64,000 nucleotides of DNA from Archaeoglobus sp. JdFR-37 (GTDB taxonomy: Archaea > Halobacteriota > Archaeoglobi > Archaeoglobales > Archaeoglobaceae), in contig MTMY01000007.1 in the NCBI GenBank assembly GCA_002010215.1, forward strand, positions 1 to 64,000, read 5' to 3'. Below, piece after piece: positions 58,413 to 64,000 of the stretch. Position 1 is the first letter of the stretch. Every line of letters begins with the position of its first letter. The notes under the pieces are model-generated. The model was not told where the DNA came from and did no database searches. It worked only from the letters and a program-made list of their open reading frames with translations. The translations under genes and the position numbers were made by a program.

Positions 58413-60182
58413 TTATCTTCCCCAGAATGAATTATCCTTTCTTTTTATGGCAAGGAATTCCTCAAAGGCCTCTTTCGCCTCTTCACTCAGCACGTCTATC
58501 ATGTCTCTCGTCAAGATTCTTGCGTGCTTCTCAGGAATGTCCACATATAAAATTTCATCGCCCTCAAGCTGCCTTCCGATAGTTACTCCGTCTATGGCTA
58601 TAGCCACTTCGTCACCTTCCTTTGCAACTTGGATGTTCTCGCCACCCTTCTGGATGCTCCTGACGGTTCCAGCTGGAGAACCATCAGGTTTGATGAGTCT
58701 GACGTCTCTTTTCAGCTCCCCTGCCAGAACTCTTACACCAACAACTGCAGGTTTGCTGCGCCTGAAAATGAAATCTTTGAGCAGCTGGATTTTTGCTGGC
58801 TTGATCAACGCTTCAACCTTCTTTCTCTCCCTCGCCCTGATGGTTTCTTCTCTCCAGTTAACGACATTCTCCACCAAGTTGTATATTATCTGGTCAATAA
58901 AGAGTCTTACTCCGTATTTTGCAGCCTCCTCCTCCACTCCAGGCAATGTTTTAACGTTGAAGCCCAGAACTAGGCGATTAACATCATCGCTGTTTGCAGA
59001 AGCATCAACGATATCCCTCTTATCTATATCTCCCACCTCGGCCTTCTTTATCGGCACCCCTTCTTCTCTTAGCTCGTTTATGAGTGCCTCCAGAGAACCA
59101 AGGGTGTCAGTCTTGAGAACAACGCCCTCTTCATCGGTCTTAATTGCAACCTCTTCGTACTCCTCTTTGACCCTCTTCTTGAACTCCTCTAGATCCTCAT
59201 CACTATATATTGCCTCGAACTCGCTACCAGCCATCACGTTCTCAAGGTCGGGAGCAACAAGCTTCACACCAGCAGCAGCGGTAACACTATCTACACTTCT
59301 GAATCTACTCTCCAGTCTTATTTCCTGTGCGGGTCTCGGCTTCAGGATGCCGCGGACGTGTGTAACAATCACATCCTTGCCGCTGGAAATGACAATTCTG
59401 TCACCAACCCTCAGCGTACCATCATAGAGGATAACGTCGCACGTGACACCCAGCCCCTTCTCCTCCTTAACCTCCAGTATCGTTCCCTTCGCTCTACCCT
59501 CAACATGGAGCCTGAGGTTCTCCTCCAGATAACGCTGTGCCAGTCCAACAAGAATCATCAGAAGCTCAGGGATGCCTTCTCCAGTCAGAGCAGAAATGGG
59601 TATAATTGCTACAGTCCTAGTAAAATCTTTGATTCTGTCGAATCTATCTGCTGCGAAACCGTACTTATAGAGCTCACCTATTAGCTCGTAAATCCTGTTT
59701 TCAAGGGTTTGCTGGGCTTTCTCTTCCTGCTGGGTGTAACTCTTCAGGAAAGGTGTGTCAGGAAAGCTCTGCCATCCTGGAAGCTTGTCGATCTTGTTGG
59801 CAGCAACGACAAAGGGTGTTTTGAAAGTTTTTAGAATGGATAAAGCCTCCTCCGTCTGGGGCTTGAACCCCTCATTTATATCCACAATCAGGATGGCAAG
59901 ATCCGCTAAAGCCCCTCCCCTTCTCCTTAAATTTGTAAAGGCCTTGTGGCCGGGAGTATCAATAAAAAGAAGACCGGGAACATCAACCTTTACCTTCCAA
60001 ATGTCTCTGCATATCTCTTTTACCAGATCTATGGGGATTTCTGTAGCGCCAATGTGCTGGGTGATGCCACCAGCTTCCTTTGCTGTAACTCTTGTTCTTC
60101 TTATTCTGTCAAGTAACGTCGTCTTGCCATGATCAACGTGTCCGAGCACTGCAACGATGGGTGTTCTGAGCTGCTTCGTCAT
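58413..60182 (-). CDS. infB: Translation initiation factor aIF5B (IF-2)
   Basis: GHVDHGKT, GGITQHIGA, DTPGH; normal length, no intein. Confidence 0.98.
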   Translation of the reverse strand: MTKQLRTPIVAVLGHVDHGKTTLLDRIRRTRVTAKEAGGITQHIGATEIPIDLVKEICRDIWKVKVDVPGLLFIDTPGHKAFTNLRRRGGALADLAILIVDINEGFKPQTEEALSILKTFKTPFVVAANKIDKLPGWQSFPDTPFLKSYTQQEEKAQQTLENRIYELIGELYKYGFAADRFDRIKDFTRTVAIIPISALTGEGIPELLMILVGLAQRYLEENLRLHVEGRAKGTILEVKEEKGLGVTCDVILYDGTLRVGDRIVISSGKDVIVTHVRGILKPRPAQEIRLESRFRSVDSVTAAAGVKLVAPDLENVMAGSEFEAIYSDEDLEEFKKRVKEEYEEVAIKTDEEGVVLKTDTLGSLEALINELREEGVPIKKAEVGDIDKRDIVDASANSDDVNRLVLGFNVKTLPGVEEEAAKYGVRLFIDQIIYNLVENVVNWREETIRARERKKVEALIKPAKIQLLKDFIFRRSKPAVVGVRVLAGELKRDVRLIKPDGSPAGTVRSIQKGGENIQVAKEGDEVAIAIDGVTIGRQLEGDEILYVDIPEKHARILTRDMIDVLSEEAKEAFEEFLAIKRKDNSFWGR

Positions 60183-60187
60183 GAGCT

Positions 60188-60637
60188 TCACTCATAAATC
60201 CACTCTTCGTCCATTCTTGGATATTCAAGTATTTCTTCTGCATCGAAAAAGAGGGAGATCTCCCTTTCTGCGGATTCAAGGGAGTCAGATGCGTGAACAA
60301 CATTCCTCCCTATATCCAGCCCGTAATCTCCTCTGATTGTTCCAGGCTGGGCTTCAATGGGGTTTGTTGCCCCAACAAGTGTCCTGACAGCTCTCACAGC
60401 TTCTCTGCCCTCCACCACCATTGCTACAACAGGACCAGAGGTTATGTAGTCGATGAGGCTCTGGAAAAAGGGTTTTTCGATGTGTTCTGCGTAATGGTCT
60501 CTGGCAAGACCGTCCTCAATTTTGAGCATCTTTAAAGCCACAATTTTGAGACCCTTCCTTTCCAGGCGGCTTATTATTTCTCCAACAAGCCCTCGCTGGA
60601 CGCCGTCGGGTTTGACCATAACGAACGTCCGTTCCAT
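60188..60637 (-). CDS. ndk: Nucleoside diphosphate kinase
   Basis: [22 protein letters not shown]. Confidence 0.98.
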   Translation of the reverse strand: MERTFVMVKPDGVQRGLVGEIISRLERKGLKIVALKMLKIEDGLARDHYAEHIEKPFFQSLIDYITSGPVVAMVVEGREAVRAVRTLVGATNPIEAQPGTIRGDYGLDIGRNVVHASDSLESAEREISLFFDAEEILEYPRMDEEWIYE

Positions 60638-60658
60638 TTCATCACTTCCTTACTTTAC

Positions 60659-60835
60659 TTACTTTCTGTAGTATTTTGTCCACTTCAGCTTTCTCGGGTT
60701 TCTACCCAGTTCTAGCATGTTCTTCTCACACTTCCTTGAGCAGAAGTGGAGAACCCTGCCATCTCTTCTGACAAAGATCTTGCCCGTACCTACCTCTATC
60801 TCTTCGCCGCAGAATGAGCATATCCTTCTTTCCAT
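60659..60835 (-). CDS. rpl24e: 50S ribosomal protein eL24
   Basis: Manual translation: [39 protein letters not shown]...RNPRKLKWT. Confidence 0.96.
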   Translation of the reverse strand: MERRICSFCGEEIEVGTGKIFVRRDGRVLHFCSRKCEKNMLELGRNPRKLKWTKYYRK

Positions 60836-60854
60836 GAATCATCACCTACCATGA

Positions 60855-61070
60855 TCACCTTACCATGAGCTTCTTGGCCTCTCTGGCAGTCTCCTTAATC
60901 ATCAGTATGTCTCCAACTCTAACCGGCCCGAAAACATTACGGGTTATAATCCTGCCCTTATTCTCTCCGCCGAGGACTCTAACCTTCACCTGCGTTGCTT
61001 CACCATGCATTCCAGTTCTTCCCACGATCTCTATTACCTCAGCGGGCTGGATGTCTTCTTCTTCAGCCAT
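60855..61070 (-). CDS. rps28e: 30S ribosomal protein eS28
   Basis: [20 protein letters not shown]. Confidence 0.97.
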   Translation of the reverse strand: MAEEEDIQPAEVIEIVGRTGMHGEATQVKVRVLGGENKGRIITRNVFGPVRVGDILMIKETAREAKKLMVR

Positions 61071-61115
61071 CTAACTCACCTCTAATTCCTCTACTTCTTC
61101 CACCACTCTCTATCT

Positions 61116-61481
61116 TTACTTCCTGAGCCCGTTCAGTTTGGCAACCAGCGCCTCAAGCTCCTTCTTTGCCTCACCCTCGCTTATTATTGCCGCTGCCGCA
61201 CAATCCACTTCTATGCCTACAGCCCTTCCCAGCTCATTTTTGCTCTTCACATATGTGTATGGAATGTTCTTCTCCTCGCAGATGAGTGGCAGGTGTGCAA
61301 CAACCTCTGGAGGGTCTACATCCATTGCTATGTACACTAGCTTCGCCAAACCTCTCTCAACACTCTTCGTCGTCTCATTTGTTCCTTTTTTCACCTTTCC
61401 CGTCTCCCTTACTTTCTCCAGCAGGGTCAAAGCCTCATTTTGCAGATCCTCTGGAACCTGAAATCTTACATAAACCATCAT
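61116..61481 (-). CDS. rpl7ae: 50S ribosomal protein eL8 (L7Ae)
   Basis: [23 protein letters not shown]. Confidence 0.98.
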   Translation of the reverse strand: MMVYVRFQVPEDLQNEALTLLEKVRETGKVKKGTNETTKSVERGLAKLVYIAMDVDPPEVVAHLPLICEEKNIPYTYVKSKNELGRAVGIEVDCAAAAIISEGEAKKELEALVAKLNGLRK

Positions 61482-61483
61482 TT

Positions 61484-61513
61484 CACCTCCTTCAGAGCAT
61501 CATCATTCATCGG
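61484..61513 (-). promoter_or_regulatory. K-turn/K-loop L7Ae autoregulatory element overlapping the SD
   Basis: Minus strand CCGATGAATGATGATGCTCTGAAGGAGGTG: box C-like TGATGA and box D CTGA next to GGAGGTG. Confidence 0.75.
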
Positions 61514-61540
61514 TTCTCTCTCCAGCATGACAGCGATATT

Positions 61541-62548
61541 TTAAACTTTTTGGTTAGCTTTTGCGGAGAGATGCTCTCTGACAGATTTGTTAAAAGCCAC
61601 CTCTCCTATGGATTTTATATGTCTGGTAGCATCCAGAAGGGATTCCAAAGCAAGCCTGTAATAAACGTCGTCTTTCTCACCCATGGCCTTTAGAAGCTCT
61701 TCCTCGAGATCTTCCACCATCCTTATTACGTCCTCCGATAACTCCATGTCGCCTTCCGTGTAGGCTTTGAAGACCTTATTAAAAGTGTCGTAGACATCAC
61801 CCAAATACTTCAGCAGATCGGTCTCCTTTGATTCTATGAGGTACTCGGCGTAGCCAGCAAAATCGTACATGGAATCTGCTATCTCCTCAAACAGCTTTGC
61901 CACCATACGCACTCCCAACATGTAGCGAAGCTCGTTCCATCTGGCCGGACTTGAGTATTCTCTTACCAGCCTATTTTCCAGCCTCACAGCAAGGAGATAT
62001 AGCCTGTCGGTGTCGCTTTCCAGTTGTGCCACCTCTTTTAGTCCTTCCTTATCACCAAGTCTTATGCTGTCTTCAATGCCTTCAATCATTCCAGAAATTA
62101 TCTGAGCCATTCTTCTTAAAACACCCTTGACATCTAGGTCTGGAGAGGTCATGCACCTGAGAACTACTCTCTTTGGACTGGCATCTATTATCTCCACTCC
62201 AATCATCGTTCTTACGATATCACTCAGCCTGCTGAGAACCTTTGCAGACATGGTCTTATCTTCTATGACAATCTCATCGAGCCCTTGGATATAAAGGGCA
62301 TATACGTATCTCGTAAGGAACTTCTCGTCGTGTCTAGGAATTCTGTTTACGTAAGCCTTTACAACTTTTTCCTCATCAAGAATCTTCTTTGGCTGAATCC
62401 TTACGTAACCCTTGTCCACGATCAGAAAAAGCTCGTCTCCTTGCTCTAAATTGTTGGCTTTTACCCAATCCTTTGGCAAGCTCACCATGTAGCTTGATCC
62501 ACCAATAAGCTGAAGTTTACGAATCTCGGACACGAAATTAGTATGCAA
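61541..62548 (-). CDS. AbrB-PhoU phosphate-uptake regulator family protein
   Basis: RKLQLIGGSSYMVSLPKDW N-terminus, E...DRLY PhoU repeats. Confidence 0.9.
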   Translation of the reverse strand: MHTNFVSEIRKLQLIGGSSYMVSLPKDWVKANNLEQGDELFLIVDKGYVRIQPKKILDEEKVVKAYVNRIPRHDEKFLTRYVYALYIQGLDEIVIEDKTMSAKVLSRLSDIVRTMIGVEIIDASPKRVVLRCMTSPDLDVKGVLRRMAQIISGMIEGIEDSIRLGDKEGLKEVAQLESDTDRLYLLAVRLENRLVREYSSPARWNELRYMLGVRMVAKLFEEIADSMYDFAGYAEYLIESKETDLLKYLGDVYDTFNKVFKAYTEGDMELSEDVIRMVEDLEEELLKAMGEKDDVYYRLALESLLDATRHIKSIGEVAFNKSVREHLSAKANQKV

Positions 62549-62581
62549 AAGTAGGAATTAAAATACTTTCGGTGAAATTTG

Positions 62582-62854
62582 TTATGATACGTATGGCTTC
62601 TCGTCGCTACCGTAAGTTATATCCTGAAGCATTTTTGTGGCAAGCCCTAACAGGAGCTTGTCTTCCCCTACTATCTCTCTAATAAGCATGAGAGAAGCAG
62701 ATTCTTTCAATTCATAACTTCTCAATTCTTCCAGTAATTTCACAAGCCTGTTAGCAGTCTTAAATATCTCGGCCAGCCTAATTTCGTCATCTTCACTTAT
62801 TTCTTCTTCATCCTCTTCAAACAGATCTAGTATCAGTTCCTCAAACTCATCCAT
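62582..62854 (-). CDS. Small acidic hypothetical protein
   Basis: 90-aa ORF with GGGGTG SD. Confidence 0.7.
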   Translation of the reverse strand: MDEFEELILDLFEEDEEEISEDDEIRLAEIFKTANRLVKLLEELRSYELKESASLMLIREIVGEDKLLLGLATKMLQDITYGSDEKPYVS

Positions 62855-62894
62855 ACTGATTCACCCCACCCGGTTCGCAGATTTAAGCTTTTCG

Positions 62895-63563
62895 CTAAAT
62901 CAATTTTACTAGGCATCCATCGTGTGAAATTTTGTATCTGGAAACTCCAGGCTTCAATTCGGGAATTATGCTGTCTTTAATGCCTATGTAGTAATTATCA
63001 ACTTCAAAGAACATTTCCTCAGCTCTTTTTATTTTTATAATTACATCAAAAAGTTTGTCCATGAGCCTAGTTACCGCATCTTCATATGAGTTGCGACATG
63101 AAACTATAACAGTCGCCTTCTGGGGTATGGAATCAAAGATATCTAGTATATTCTTGACGATATCTTTACCGTAAATTTCTGGGATCATATACAGTCCCCT
63201 AAACACTATTAGGTCTTTATTATCGAGCCTAGAAAGGATGTCTTTGAGTTCTGAAAGTTCATCTTCTGGATCTCCAGTTGGTATATGGGCATAGAGATTG
63301 CCAAATGACACGCTACTCCTCTTGCCAATCTTTATTATGTGACTCCTGTCTAGGATAGAGGGTATTTCATCAGATACACCTGCTATGCTTCGATATATTT
63401 CGCTCTGTCTTCTGCATATGGTGTCTGAATATATGACGAAGAACAAACGGCGATGAGAAAAGGCGGGAACTATGTGGAAGAAGAGGAGGCTAATCATAGG
63501 AGCTATTGTGTCATATTCTATTTTTACTCTCCTGCCCTCTAGATGGGGAATTATTTCCTGCAT
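62895..63563 (-). CDS. Hypothetical protein, degenerate RecA/KaiC-like fold (DUF257-like)
   Basis: IEY N-terminal strand, IIKIG, FDVIIKI; no intact P-loop; start at ATG 63563 inferred. Confidence 0.55.
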   Translation of the reverse strand: MQEIIPHLEGRRVKIEYDTIAPMISLLFFHIVPAFSHRRLFFVIYSDTICRRQSEIYRSIAGVSDEIPSILDRSHIIKIGKRSSVSFGNLYAHIPTGDPEDELSELKDILSRLDNKDLIVFRGLYMIPEIYGKDIVKNILDIFDSIPQKATVIVSCRNSYEDAVTRLMDKLFDVIIKIKRAEEMFFEVDNYYIGIKDSIIPELKPGVSRYKISHDGCLVKLI

Positions 63564-63648
63564 TACAATCACTATAATAATCATTGTTAATGCAAGCATA
63601 AAAAGGTTTCGATTATTTAAGTTATACACAAAAAATAAATTTTTCTTA

Positions 63649-64000
63649 TTATTTGATAAATATCTTTCTTCTCTCTTCAACCAGTGATTTTATCAGTTCT
63701 TCTACAAAATCAACCACTTCGATTTTATCCACTTCGTTAATAGGGACCCATCTGATTTCCTCTGCATCGCTTCCCGGTCTTACGTTTCCATCAACTATTC
63801 TGGCGAAAAAGTCTATTATCACATAATGAAACTTGACTTCACCGTTTCTGAAGATCTCTTCGCTGACACATGCAACGTCATCCACTTCAATTTCAACCCC
63901 GACCTCTTCTCTGATCTCCCTTTTCAGGGCTTCAATCAGTGACTCACCAATTCTCACTAGCCCACCTGGAACGCTCCACTTACCTTTGTTGGGCTCATTG
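63649..64000 (-). CDS. NUDIX hydrolase (5' end outside window)
   Basis: W.VPGGLVRIGESLIEALKREIREEVG Nudix box. Confidence 0.92.
   Translation of the reverse strand, partial: NEPNKGKWSVPGGLVRIGESLIEALKREIREEVGVEIEVDDVACVSEEIFRNGEVKFHYVIIDFFARIVDGNVRPGSDAEEIRWVPINEVDKIEVVDFVEELIKSLVEERRKIFIK

Noticed and set aside
58369..59427. 352-aa plus-strand ORF, and the many similar antisense ORFs
   Set aside because: Shadow frames of well-supported genes (here infB); Ser/Leu/Phe-rich composition typical of antisense reading

Overview
Chromosomal window of a euryarchaeon. Gene content and order point to Archaeoglobales (inference; no database search run). Most of it is housekeeping. This includes two conserved translation/transcription operons (L18e-L13-S9-rpoN-tRNA-Pro-rpoK-eno-S2; L7Ae-S28e-L24e-ndk-aIF5B-S6e), proS, lysA, deoxyhypusine synthase, coaD, rlmE, hjc and alanine dehydrogenase. 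It also carries feoB with a DtxR-type operator, a biotin ECF transporter, the oapABC/arvABC small-GTPase operon and a SOR-rubredoxin-FprA oxygen-defence cluster. There are three AT-richer accessory patches. (i) ~14.3-15.5 kb: an HxlR regulator and a small Cys-rich protein. (ii) ~20.9-24.3 kb: the large pilin-like adhesin ending a type IV pilus operon, decayed vapBC, an RHH/aspartic-protease pair and an intact ribosomal protein eS26 homologue, a protein generally absent from Euryarchaeota. (iii) ~46.4-51.1 kb: MntA/HepT, gene scars and a pseudogene, interleaved with a GH130-PMI-phosphoribulokinase-GT4 sugar cluster. The most notable observations are the orphan eS26 gene, a ~32-bp G/C-skewed dispersed intergenic repeat with three clear copies, a tRNA-Pro overlapping the rpoN stop codon, and many short perfect tandem duplications. 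No CRISPR array, rRNA, transposase or integrase was seen.
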